DNA from: Nitrososphaera viennensis EN76 | Lineage (GTDB): Archaea; Thermoproteota; Nitrososphaeria; Nitrososphaerales; Nitrososphaeraceae | Length of the DNA stretch: 32,000 nt | NCBI RefSeq assembly: GCF_000698785.1 | Contig: NZ_CP007536.1 | Span: 1,410,001-1,442,000, forward strand | Reading direction: 5' to 3' | Part shown: in pieces, positions 23,537 to 32,000 of the stretch | How positions within the stretch are numbered: the first letter of the stretch is position 1 | Layout of the letters: every line of letters begins with the position of its first letter | Notes under the pieces: model-generated | Told to the model about the DNA's origin: nothing | Databases searched by the model: none | The model's input: the letters and a program-made list of their open reading frames with translations, nothing else | Position numbers and translations under genes: made by a program

Positions 23537-25636
23537 TTATTCCCGCACCACCCTAGAACCGTCGGCAGTCATCGAGAACCGAAAGACGGCGTCCACCTCC
23601 GAGTCCTCGAAAATGTCTGCGTCGTGCGTGATTATTATCATCTGGGCAAGCGGCCCCGCCCCTTCCCGGAACGCCTCCGATATTATCCGCACGAGCGCCT
23701 TGCGCCTCTCCTCGTCAAGGTGCGTGGTCGGCTCGTCCAGTATGACGAAATCAAGCTTGCTTGCGCCCATCATGTAGGCGATTCCAAGGCGAAGCGCAAG
23801 GGCGACTGCCACCTTTTCCCCGCCGGAAAGCGAGTCCATGTCCACCTCGCCGTTCCGTCCGTAACAGGTGATGGCTATCTCGCGCGCCTTTTCTGCCAGC
23901 TCTATCCTTGAAATGCCGATGTTGAACAGCGTGGCATATTCCGACGCCTTTTTCGATATAGTGCCAAGGGCCCACGACCTGAGGCTCATGCCGACTGCGC
24001 CGTCGCGGTTGTACACAAGCGAGCGAATCCGCTCCAGCATGCCCACAAAGCCTGCCGCTGCTTCAAGCTTCTTTGCAGCAGTCCTGCAAAAGTCTATAAC
24101 ATTCTTGGCGTCCTCGGCGGCCTTTCTGTAACTTCCCATCCGGGCGCTTGCGTCCTGCAGCTTTTGCATCACCTTCCAGCGCTCGTCCTTTGCAGCAGTA
24201 TACTGGGCAGGAGAAAAGCTCCTTGCCTTTTCCCTGATGCTCGCAACATCTTCTGCAAGCGCCCTTGAAGCGTCGTCTATGGCAAGCGCATGCGGATCGT
24301 CAACCCTTATGATCTCCTTTGGCAGGCCGGACAGCGCCTCCCTGCGCAGGGCAAGGTCGACTTCGATGCGAGAAACGTCCTCCTGCGAAGCTATAGAGTT
24401 GCCGGACAGAAACGCCTCTGCTGACGCGATCTTCTTGCCCTCTTCTGCCAGCTTTTGCTCCTCCTTTTTCAGGTTGACCCTTTCAACCTGAAGGCTTGAC
24501 CTGGCGCTTGCGATGCGGTTTACCTCCGCCTGGATGTGGGCCGTGTCAAACATGTCGTTTATCCTGCTCACCTGCGAGTTGCACACCGGGCACCTGCCGT
24601 CGCCTGTCAGCTGGAGCCGGCCGGCGCATTCAAGCAGGCCGCGCATCTTGCCTGCGTCGCTTTCGCTCTTTTCGATCTGCCTCTGCACCTCCTCCAGCTC
24701 GTCTTTTACCATCGACAGCCGGATGCAGTTTTCCTCCTTGCCGGCGATGGTGGCAAGCGCGCTCTTGGCCTCCCTCACCACCCTCTCAAGGCGCGCCGCC
24801 TCACCGGCCACCTGGTCGCGCTTTTCGTTCACGTACTTTATCAATTGTTTCTCCTTTGCCTGCGCCTCTGCGGCCTTTTCCCGCAGCGGCTCCAGCCTTT
24901 CTATTTCGGATTCAAGCTGGCGCAGGCGCCCTTCCAGGCGCGCCTTTTCCTCCTCGTACTCGCCGACAAGCCTTTCGGCATCAGCAAGCTCTTTCTCGCT
25001 CTTGGCAAGCTGCTCCTGTAGTCTTGACATTTCAAGGTCGGTGTAGCCGCCTGTCTCGTCGCGCAGCCTGTCGCGGAAACCTGCGATCACGTCCTTCATC
25101 GTCGAAAACGCAAGGTCGAGCCTGTCTATTCCTATCAGGCCGTTTATGAGCTCCTTGAACTCTTTTGGCTGCGCCTCCACTATCCTTGCAAGCTCGCCCT
25201 GCTGCACCACCGCCGCGACGCGCAGCTTTTTGTAGTCAAGGCCGAGCACCTTTGCTACCTCTGCGCTGGTCGACTCGCCGTACTGCTTGCGCTCGCCCCC
25301 TGCCAGCTTTTTGTTCACCTGCTTGCCTGCGTCTGACACGAGCTCCAGCTGTGAAAACGCGGCCGAGCCGGCAGTCGTGAGCGACCTTGCGACCTGGAAC
25401 TCGCGGCCGTTGAGCGTAAAGCGCATCCTGACCACCGCCTGGCCGGAGGCGCCGCGCCTGACAAGGTTCTTGTTGGCCTTTCTCATGTGCTCGCCAAAGA
25501 GCGAATAGGTTATGGCGTCGATTACCGAGGACTTGCCGGCGCCGTTGTGGCCGACGAATATCGTTATCCCCCTGCCAAACTCCATCCTCGTCTCCTTGTG
25601 GGAGATGAAATCTTTCAGCTCCAGGTCTTTTATCAT
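23537..25636 (-). CDS. rad50: DNA double-strand-break repair ATPase Rad50
   Basis: Walker A GHNGAGKSS. Long coiled coil with zinc hook CPVC. Signature LSGGEK. Walker B FVILDEPT. ATGA overlap with mre11. Confidence 0.95.
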   Translation of the reverse strand: MIKDLELKDFISHKETRMEFGRGITIFVGHNGAGKSSVIDAITYSLFGEHMRKANKNLVRRGASGQAVVRMRFTLNGREFQVARSLTTAGSAAFSQLELVSDAGKQVNKKLAGGERKQYGESTSAEVAKVLGLDYKKLRVAAVVQQGELARIVEAQPKEFKELINGLIGIDRLDLAFSTMKDVIAGFRDRLRDETGGYTDLEMSRLQEQLAKSEKELADAERLVGEYEEEKARLEGRLRQLESEIERLEPLREKAAEAQAKEKQLIKYVNEKRDQVAGEAARLERVVREAKSALATIAGKEENCIRLSMVKDELEEVQRQIEKSESDAGKMRGLLECAGRLQLTGDGRCPVCNSQVSRINDMFDTAHIQAEVNRIASARSSLQVERVNLKKEEQKLAEEGKKIASAEAFLSGNSIASQEDVSRIEVDLALRREALSGLPKEIIRVDDPHALAIDDASRALAEDVASIREKARSFSPAQYTAAKDERWKVMQKLQDASARMGSYRKAAEDAKNVIDFCRTAAKKLEAAAGFVGMLERIRSLVYNRDGAVGMSLRSWALGTISKKASEYATLFNIGISRIELAEKAREIAITCYGRNGEVDMDSLSGGEKVAVALALRLGIAYMMGASKLDFVILDEPTTHLDEERRKALVRIISEAFREGAGPLAQMIIITHDADIFEDSEVDAVFRFSMTADGSRVVRE

Positions 25637-26790
25637 GAGTTTCTTTCCTCTTTCTTTTTAAAGGCCTCCCATACCATGTCAAGCGCTACGCCTGCTTCGC
25701 CGGCGGCTGCAGCAGGCAGGAGATCGTGGATTGCAAGGCGCGCCGCCTCTTCAGAGCCCAGCGCTTCCCTTGACAGCCGGAACAGCTCTTCCTCCAGGTC
25801 TGCGGGGCGCTCGTCGTACACTATGGCCTGCGCCTGCTGCTCTTCCAGCGGCTGCCAGACATAATGTATGCAATAATCGTTCAGCCGGACAAGGTTTGCC
25901 GCCACCATCCGGGAATCGATGTTGCTGTTGTTCTTGCCTTCCACCTCTACCCTGACGACAGGCTTTTTGGCAAGGGCAGAAGCCTTTTTGATTATAGAGT
26001 CGATGCCGGCCGCAAGGTCGCCATAGTCAAGCCGGACTGAAAATTGCGGGCGCCGGTGCAGCGGGATCCAGTGCACGCCGGCCTCTTTACCAGACATGTC
26101 GACCAGCGCAAATCCCTTTTCCACGTCCTTTATCCCCTCGCTTGGCGTCAGGTCAAGCGAGCCGGGGTACACCAGCGGCCCGCCCAGGTTTGCAAAGCGC
26201 TTTTCGTGGTGGTCGTGGTAGTGTCCCATCGCATAATAGTCGAAACTTGCAGGCAGGTCGGTCGAGTTTATCTCGCCGGCAAACTTGTTGAGATCGGTCA
26301 GCCCCTGGTGCAGGACGAGGATCTTTTTCTTGCCGTCATCGTGCCTCTTGGCCGCCTGCTCTGACACCTTCAGCCTTTCCACGAGTGAGTCGACGTTGCT
26401 GCGCCTTTCCTTGTCTGCGCCAAACACGACAATACTGTCGCCGACGACAAGCGGCTCGTCAGTTTTCAGTCGTTTCATCAGCCCGAGGTTTCCAAACACG
26501 TGCGCAAATGGCACGTCTCGCAGGCGGCTGATGTCGTGCTCGCCAAGCACAAAGGCGACAGGTATCTCTTTTTCCTTTAGTTTTTTCAGCGCGTTGGCAA
26601 GAGTTATGACAGACTTGCCGTTTGGCCGGGGCGTGTGGAATATGTCGCCGGCAAGAAGTACGAGCTGCACGCCCTCTTTGATCGAAATGTCAACTGCTTC
26701 CCGGAAGGTTTCGTAGACGTCTTCTTCCCGCTCTTCAAGGTTGAACTGCGAATAGCCAAGGTGCAGGTCGGAAATGTGAGCTATCAGCAT
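25633..26790 (-). CDS. mre11: DNA repair nuclease Mre11
   Basis: Calcineurin-like phosphoesterase motifs HISDLHLG, LAGDIFH and GHYH. Located upstream of rad50. Confidence 0.95.
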   Translation of the reverse strand: MLIAHISDLHLGYSQFNLEEREEDVYETFREAVDISIKEGVQLVLLAGDIFHTPRPNGKSVITLANALKKLKEKEIPVAFVLGEHDISRLRDVPFAHVFGNLGLMKRLKTDEPLVVGDSIVVFGADKERRSNVDSLVERLKVSEQAAKRHDDGKKKILVLHQGLTDLNKFAGEINSTDLPASFDYYAMGHYHDHHEKRFANLGGPLVYPGSLDLTPSEGIKDVEKGFALVDMSGKEAGVHWIPLHRRPQFSVRLDYGDLAAGIDSIIKKASALAKKPVVRVEVEGKNNSNIDSRMVAANLVRLNDYCIHYVWQPLEEQQAQAIVYDERPADLEEELFRLSREALGSEEAARLAIHDLLPAAAAGEAGVALDMVWEAFKKKEERNS

Positions 26791-27105
26791 CTGGCTCTGC
26801 TCCCGGATCCAATGTCCTCTAAACTAAAGGTTTTGGATTATTGTCATCTTGTCCGGTCCTGTTAACAATTCGCGAGTGGGATAATAGTCCCAGAACATTC
26901 CCACCGGCACAAAGGATCATGCAACTCCAGCGAATATGTACTCTGCAGCGACCAACTCGCAACAGGCAGTCGGTTTTTCATATCACTTGCTGGCAAGAGG
27001 ACTATCAGTTTAATTTGCGTCTGACTTCCAGCTTGTCAGCAATTAACGCAAGAGAAAGCGGAGCTGCATGAAAATTAACAGACTATAAACAAAATAGCAA
27101 TACTC

Positions 27106-27363
27106 TCACAGTTTTTTGTAAATCTTACTTCGGTGGCCAAGATCAACAACCAGAACCAGCATTTTTCCCTTCTCAATACTCACTATTGCGCGATAATCTC
27201 CAACTCTTATTGAATAAAGGTTGACCCCGCTTAGCTTCTTTGCCATAGCAAATGGATCTGCGGCCGCCTCATCAAGTCTTTCAATTATTCGTTCTTGGGC
27301 CACCCGGTCGAGTTTTTGCAGCTTCTTGAACGTGGTTTCTGTCCACCTTATTTCAAAAGTCAT
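27106..27363 (-). CDS. relE: RelE/ParE-family toxin
   Basis: 85 aa. FEIRWTETTFKKLQKLD...NLYSIRVGDYRAIVSIEKGKMLVLVVDLGHRSKIY. 4-nt overlap with the upstream antitoxin gene. Confidence 0.85.
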   Translation of the reverse strand: MTFEIRWTETTFKKLQKLDRVAQERIIERLDEAAADPFAMAKKLSGVNLYSIRVGDYRAIVSIEKGKMLVLVVDLGHRSKIYKKL

Positions 27364-27590
27364 TTGATTTTCAGTCTTTGCTTGACTTCCTTCATCGATA
27401 GCGTCCTGCCTGCCTTGATATCCTCCAGACTCTGCTCTATTTCCCTTATTGTCGCTTCGCTCAATTCTCCTTCGTCCGTCTTTATGGATATTAGTCGCTC
27501 GACAACCTTGTTGTAGGATTCTCCGGGATATAGCTTGAGTTCCTTTAATTTGTCTCTGACGCTTTTGTCAAGTTGTATTGTGGTGCCCAT
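27360..27590 (-). CDS. RHH-type antitoxin
   Basis: 76 aa. TIQLDKSVRDKLKELK...ESYNKVVERLI has a ribbon-helix-helix pattern. The C-terminal LEDIKAGRTLSMKEV is typical of RelB-like partners. Confidence 0.75.
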   Translation of the reverse strand: MGTTIQLDKSVRDKLKELKLYPGESYNKVVERLISIKTDEGELSEATIREIEQSLEDIKAGRTLSMKEVKQRLKIK

Positions 27591-27598
27591 ATATGCAC

Positions 27599-27620
27599 TA
27601 GCTATATGCAGCTATAGCTA
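27599..27620. promoter_or_regulatory. Inverted repeat TAGCTATA-N6-TATAGCTA between the A/T box and the antitoxin start (candidate TA operator)
   Basis: Perfect 8-bp arms read from the sequence. It lies 9-30 nt upstream of ATG 27590, and a CTATAAATAG box overlaps it at about 27618-27627. Confidence 0.45.
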
Positions 27621-27931
27621 TTTATAGGTCACTATAAGCGGCAAGTCTTCATTGGATCTATTTTCATCCGTATTCGCCATCCGACAGATAATTGATAGCG
27701 TCGGAAGAAAAGTTGTCTCTATCAAAGCCAATTCCGGAACTAGTGAGCGCAATACTGTTGACAGAATTCTGAGATTCTTCTCATTGGCTATGATTTTGAT
27801 AAACAATCCTTTTTTTCCAAAAGTGTAAAGAGATGATAGGGGCGGAAGTACATTGCGCCACAAGATGTCGTTTTCCATAGCAATCATAAGACAAAGGTAG
27901 AAGTAGAGCGTATTTTCTATTGCATTGCAGA

Positions 27932-29497
27932 CTAATCCTGTATGTAGCCCGGCGGCACGTACGAGTCAGACGACTCTTTTGCTATCTCTTTTGCGGCCGC
28001 CAGCTGGCTCCACTGCTCCACTGCCTTCAGGTCGCCTCCTATCTTGCGCTCCTTTACCTCGTCTGCCCTGACAAACGTGGGAAGGTTGACCCACTGTCCT
28101 GCAAACACTGCCTCGCCGGGGTTCAGGGACGGCAGTTGGTCTATGAGGTCGCGGCTTAGAGCCTCGCTTGCCGCCGACACCTGCATCTGGTCGTCAGGCT
28201 GGATCATGCGCATCACTGCAAGCGACCCCATCTGGCTCAGTATGTTGGCGTCGATGCTCCTTGGCCTCTGCGACACTATGACAAGGCCGAGGCCGAACTT
28301 GCGGCCCTCCCTTGCGACCTTGGACGCAAAGTATTTCGTCTCTGTTTTTTCGTCCTTTGGTATAAAGACGTGCGCCTCCTCTATCACTACCAGGACAGGG
28401 GCGTTAAAGCGCGGGGGCGATTTCAGGTCTTCTGCCGACTGGATCCGGTCCTTGGCCTGCCGGGTGGCGCGCTTGCGGTCGTCCAAGAGCTCTTCCAGAT
28501 AGTACGAGACAGAGACGTTGGCCTGCTTCTCGGTCAGCTCTACAAGGTTGATGACGTTTATCTTGCCGTTCTTTATCAGCGCTATGGGGTCTGCCATGCC
28601 GGGATCGAGTATGTTGCGGAACTTTTTGCGGACATAGTCTATCTTGTCCTCCACCTTTGCGGCCGCTTCTCGGTACATCTTTTCCTCAGCCCCAACTGCC
28701 CGGGCGCCTGCTACGAGCGAGTCCCAGAAATCGTCGCCCTTTCTCTGCTGGACGTCCTGAGTGAGTGCCTGGCGGAGCACGTGAATCTGGTTCGACGCGT
28801 TCTCTTGGATTTCAATAACTTCTGCAAGCTTGTCTGCCGGAAGCATCCTCGGATTTATCTTGGCAGGCATCAGGTTTGCAGCATTCCTGCCAAGGTCAAG
28901 CGTGGAATAGTCGTCGTGGTAATCAAAGATTATCATCGTGCCGCCCACCCGGGCGATCTCTTTTGCAAGGAGCGAAACCAGATTGCTCTTGCCCATGCCG
29001 GTCATTGCAAGCACGGCAAGGTGCCTTGACACGACCTTGTCGATGTTGGCCCTGACCTCCACCTCGACATTCCGGAGCAGGCTTCCCATGTGCGCCCACT
29101 CTGTCCCCTCTGGCGCAAAGACTTTGGCAAGGTCGGCGGTGGTCGCCTCGTATATCAGGGTGCCCGGCTCTGGCGGCAGCGCCGGCATGACTGCCTTGCA
29201 CCTGCGCAGTTTTTCAAGGTAGCCGATTATCCTTGCGTCGGCCTTGTAGCTCTTGTCGCGCTTGTTTTCCGCCGCCACCTGGAGGCTCTCTGAAGCCTCG
29301 TCGTAGTTCCGGATGCTGTCGCCAAGGGCATCGCTCTTTACAAACGAGCGCTCCACAAGCGCAAGTATCTTTTCGCCGCAGCTCTGCATTACCACGTACT
29401 CGCCGACGCTGACGGGGCGCCTTGACTCGAACCGGACATAGTCCGGCTTGGCCACGCCCACGATTATCCCTAGCTCTTTTTCTCCTCCTTCACTCAT
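27932..29497 (-). CDS. herA: HerA helicase/ATPase (FtsK-HerA superfamily)
   Basis: Walker A MTGMGKSN. Walker B VLVVIEEAH. Length and N-terminal barrel region typical of HerA. 8-nt overlap with nurA. Confidence 0.9.
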   Translation of the reverse strand: MSEGGEKELGIIVGVAKPDYVRFESRRPVSVGEYVVMQSCGEKILALVERSFVKSDALGDSIRNYDEASESLQVAAENKRDKSYKADARIIGYLEKLRRCKAVMPALPPEPGTLIYEATTADLAKVFAPEGTEWAHMGSLLRNVEVEVRANIDKVVSRHLAVLAMTGMGKSNLVSLLAKEIARVGGTMIIFDYHDDYSTLDLGRNAANLMPAKINPRMLPADKLAEVIEIQENASNQIHVLRQALTQDVQQRKGDDFWDSLVAGARAVGAEEKMYREAAAKVEDKIDYVRKKFRNILDPGMADPIALIKNGKINVINLVELTEKQANVSVSYYLEELLDDRKRATRQAKDRIQSAEDLKSPPRFNAPVLVVIEEAHVFIPKDEKTETKYFASKVAREGRKFGLGLVIVSQRPRSIDANILSQMGSLAVMRMIQPDDQMQVSAASEALSRDLIDQLPSLNPGEAVFAGQWVNLPTFVRADEVKERKIGGDLKAVEQWSQLAAAKEIAKESSDSYVPPGYIQD

Positions 29498-30329
29498 TCA
29501 GCGCGTCCCTCGCTCCCTGCTCATTCTGCAAGCTGTAGATGCTTGCAAGCCTGTCTATATCTTCATTGCTTATCTTGCAGGTCTTGTGCGCGAGTTTCAG
29601 GCAGTACGGGTAGCCCGCTACAGAGTGGTAGCTCAGCATGTCAAGCATCGGCTTTACCTCGTCAATGCCGACGCCCCAGCTTGCGCTGTCTATCTCGATC
29701 CTCACCACTGGAGTATAGTCCTTGAGCCGGGCGTAGATTTCATAGACATCGCCTGCAGAAAAGCGTGCCCTCTGCGGCACACTAAAACCTGCCTTCTTGT
29801 CAAGGTGACCGTAGTAGTAAATGTCGCCTGCCTGCGAATCCAGGTCCTCAAACTGCAGCCTGCTGTTTGACGTTTTTGCGATAAAGACAGACTCGCCATA
29901 CTGCCTGAGCACGCTTGCCGCGTCAAGGCTTCCCCGGGCCCTTGCCACTATCGAGCCGTCGACACACGTGATGTCGACGCCTGGATCCTCGACTGCTTTG
30001 CGCGCCATCCTTGCCTCCATCGCCATCGCCCTGACGTCAAGTTTTTCCGCCCTTGCCACGCCGGTTATGCTGCTTTCCCACTCCCTTGCGACTTGCCTGT
30101 TTGCGCTCGTGACTGCCACCGCGGCTATCGCGTACAGGTCCAGCCCCTGAAAACCCCGCTTGTTCCAGCTGCTGTCAATGCCGGCAGACTCGCACTTGGC
30201 CGGCCTTGGCGCATAGTTCACCCAACGCGAGCCGGCCTGCGCCATTATCCTGTCATAGTTGACGTCCCTTATCCCGGCAAGCTTGGCCTCCCTGTTCCTT
30301 ATTGCGTCAAGTATTATCTCGTTGAACAC
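29490..30329 (-). CDS. nurA: NurA 5'-3' nuclease
   Basis: NurA-domain pattern (GIDSSW, TCVDGSIV) and operon partnership with herA. GTG start, with a TTTTTAAC box about 30 nt upstream. Confidence 0.85.
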   Translation of the reverse strand: MFNEIILDAIRNREAKLAGIRDVNYDRIMAQAGSRWVNYAPRPAKCESAGIDSSWNKRGFQGLDLYAIAAVAVTSANRQVAREWESSITGVARAEKLDVRAMAMEARMARKAVEDPGVDITCVDGSIVARARGSLDAASVLRQYGESVFIAKTSNSRLQFEDLDSQAGDIYYYGHLDKKAGFSVPQRARFSAGDVYEIYARLKDYTPVVRIEIDSASWGVGIDEVKPMLDMLSYHSVAGYPYCLKLAHKTCKISNEDIDRLASIYSLQNEQGARDALNE

Positions 30330-30370
30330 GACCGCGACGGGTAACGTTGGAGCCCCGAGTTAAAAAGTGA

Positions 30371-31678
30371 TCAGGCGGAGGACATCCTGCTTGCTATTTC
30401 CGCAGGGTCCCACATCGTCCTTGCCCTGCCTGCTTGTGCAAGCGCTCCCGCTTCCATCACCTGCGCCGCCACCTTTGCGGCCATCGGGAGCGCGCCCGTA
30501 GCACCAGGCGAATTGTAGTTCAAAACGTGCACCGACGAATCGCGTTTTAGGATGAGCGTGTCAGGGACGAACCTGCCCTCGCGGTCTATGACTGACGAGC
30601 GTATGCCTGCCGTGCCCCGCTCGGTAAAGGCAGAAGGCCTCAGCGCGGGCAGGAATTCCCTGACCCTGTTTATCATCGCAGTTTTTGAAAGTGAGCTTTT
30701 CAATTCCGTGCTTGCAAGCGACAGGAACTGCCTGTCAAAGAACACCTTGCGGGCGCCTGTCGCCGACGACTCTATTATCTTGGGGAGCATGTCTGCGATG
30801 TTCCTGCCTAGTGAATAGGCGTACGGCCCAAAGACGGGCACTGCGTTTGGCCCCACTTCGCGCCTGCCGTCCGCCCTCACTATCCAGTGCGGGTCAAGGA
30901 ACGGGTACTCGGTATGTCTGGGGACTGAATACACAGACAGCCGGGTCAGGTCGCGGTACTGCTCTGGTGCCTGCCAGTACTCGCCCCGGAAGTGCAGGTC
31001 TGTGTATTCTCTGGCGACACCCATCGAGTGCGCAATGTCCACCGCGTTTCCGCCTGCAGCGTTTACGATAAACTCTGCTTCTATCTTGCGGCCCTGCCTA
31101 GTAGATATGACGTACGCACCAGCTTTGTTTTCCACCCGCGTGACACCGTGGCCGAGAAGAACTGCACACCCAAACGACCGGAGATCCTGCAAGAGGGTGC
31201 ATGAAAACGAGCCATAGTCGACTGAGCCGTCCTTGCCGCAGTATATGGCCGCCTCGCACCGCACGTTTGGCTCCATCTTTTTGGTGCCGGCCTTGTCGAG
31301 GAGCAGCAGATCGTCCTTGGCAAGACCGTTTGCCTCGCCCCACGACATGTACTTGTGCAGGCGGTCTATGCTGCGCTCATCGGTTGCCACTTCAAGCACG
31401 CCGTCGCGCTCAAACGGCAGGCCCCGGGCCTGTGCAAACTTTTCCCACATTTCAAAGCCAAGCGATGCGGCCTTGGCAAACAGCTTTTTCTTTGCAGGAT
31501 CATAGAGGAAGGGCGCGTGCACCTTGCCGGTGTTGCGGCTGCTGGTGTGCCGGGCTATGTCAAGCTCTTGCTCCACCAGAGCCACAGAACCCGGGTCCCT
31601 TGCCTGTCCGGAAAGGAAATACGCAATCGAGGTGCCGAGGATCCCGCCTCCTATCACAGCCACGGAGTACAAGCGCAA
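30371..31678 (-). CDS. FAD-dependent oxidoreductase of the L-2-hydroxyglutarate oxidase (LhgO) / DAO family
   Basis: GxGxxG VAVIGGGILGTS. HFRGEYWQAPEQ...PFLDPHWIVRADGRREVGPNAVPVF parallels E. coli LhgO as I recall it. Confidence 0.75.
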   Translation of the reverse strand: MRLYSVAVIGGGILGTSIAYFLSGQARDPGSVALVEQELDIARHTSSRNTGKVHAPFLYDPAKKKLFAKAASLGFEMWEKFAQARGLPFERDGVLEVATDERSIDRLHKYMSWGEANGLAKDDLLLLDKAGTKKMEPNVRCEAAIYCGKDGSVDYGSFSCTLLQDLRSFGCAVLLGHGVTRVENKAGAYVISTRQGRKIEAEFIVNAAGGNAVDIAHSMGVAREYTDLHFRGEYWQAPEQYRDLTRLSVYSVPRHTEYPFLDPHWIVRADGRREVGPNAVPVFGPYAYSLGRNIADMLPKIIESSATGARKVFFDRQFLSLASTELKSSLSKTAMINRVREFLPALRPSAFTERGTAGIRSSVIDREGRFVPDTLILKRDSSVHVLNYNSPGATGALPMAAKVAAQVMEAGALAQAGRARTMWDPAEIASRMSSA

Positions 31679-31766
31679 GACAGCATTGCACTTTGATTAT
31701 ATTTATTGTTCTTGGAAGGGCGCCCGTAAAACGTTTAATACGATACGTTGCGAGAGTCATTGATAA

Positions 31767-32000
31767 TTGGCGCAGCAGGAGGTTTTTTCACAGGAAAGGA
31801 GGAAGCGCTTTGATGACCTTCCCGAGCTCCCCGAGAACAGGCCGGCTCTTTTGCTTTCCGCAGTCTACTCTGGCGAAGAAAGAAAGGTCTATTTGAAATT
31901 CTACGATCCCCGCGACAACGTAATTTACCACTGGCGCGACAGGACAGGCCACCTGCCGTACGCCTACAGCAAGATCCAGTACGCTGACGCGGTGGACCAG
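31767..32000 (+). CDS. N-terminus of a family-B DNA polymerase (partial; runs off the right edge)
   Basis: Hand translation: ...LLLSAVYSGEERKVYLKFYDPRDNVIYHWRDRTGHLPYAYSKIQYADAVDQ, like the PolB N-terminal domain (compare Pfu [38 protein letters not shown]). The frame has no ATG; TTG 31767 follows a TAA. Confidence 0.5.
   Translation, partial: MAQQEVFSQERRKRFDDLPELPENRPALLLSAVYSGEERKVYLKFYDPRDNVIYHWRDRTGHLPYAYSKIQYADAVDQ

Noticed and set aside
24496-25149. Overlapping plus-strand ORFs (217, 177 and 161 aa) opposite rad50
   Set aside because: They are antisense to a clearly recognisable Rad50 coiled-coil region. Their translations are Pro/Arg/Ala/Ser-rich low-complexity sequence typical of GC-rich shadow frames.
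26791-27105. 315-bp gap upstream of mre11, including track ORF 26841..27071 (76 aa, TTG start)
   Set aside because: None of the frames gives a convincing protein, only short ORFs with no motifs. I treat it as non-coding spacer or promoter left by the TA insertion.
27618-27887. 89-aa minus-strand ORF between herA and the TA pair
   Set aside because: It is AT-rich with no recognisable motif, and its 3' end runs into the TA promoter/operator. It could be real but I cannot support it. I left it out of the feature list.

Overview
Archaeal chromosomal window. The gene content and signals include a LysW carrier-protein amino-acid cluster, aIF-1A, ribosomal stalk genes L1/P0/P1, an intron-bearing tRNA, HerA-NurA-Mre11-Rad50, and A/T-box promoters about 25-40 nt upstream of start codons. 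Together these suggest an ammonia-oxidising thaumarchaeon of the Nitrososphaera type; this assignment is inference and was not verified. Most genes lie on the minus strand. Left to right: (1) argG-lysW-lysX-argC(lysY)-argB/lysZ' biosynthetic cluster. lysW (57 aa) is absent from the ORF track. A 60-bp promoter/operator module occurs twice, and a divergent ACT-domain regulator candidate sits beside one copy. (2) A 152-codon four-TM ORF interrupted only by two in-frame TAG codons; a wHTH regulator with a B12-binding-like sensor; small membrane and coiled-coil genes; a methyltransferase. (3) tRNA-Ile, aIF-1A, a twice-interrupted tRNA-Ala, and a rearranged ribosomal stalk locus (P1 inverted and separated from P0-L1 by two small genes). 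(4) A cell-envelope block: secreted polysaccharide deacetylase, a deacetylase-like/acyltransferase/GT2 operon, then a 1202-aa repeat-rich secreted protein followed by a 340-aa signal-peptide/coiled-coil/C-terminal-TM protein. This pair has a SlaA/SlaB-like two-component S-layer architecture. (5) An AT-rich islet of about 2.5 kb holding a virus tail-fibre-like protein, an orphan RelE/ParE-like gene and a small wHTH gene. (6) rad50-mre11 and herA-nurA, split by a RelE/RHH toxin-antitoxin pair that has its own palindromic operator. (7) An LhgO-like FAD oxidoreductase and the start of a family-B DNA polymerase. No rRNA genes, CRISPR arrays, transposases or integrases were found. All family assignments come from reading motifs by eye; no database search was possible.
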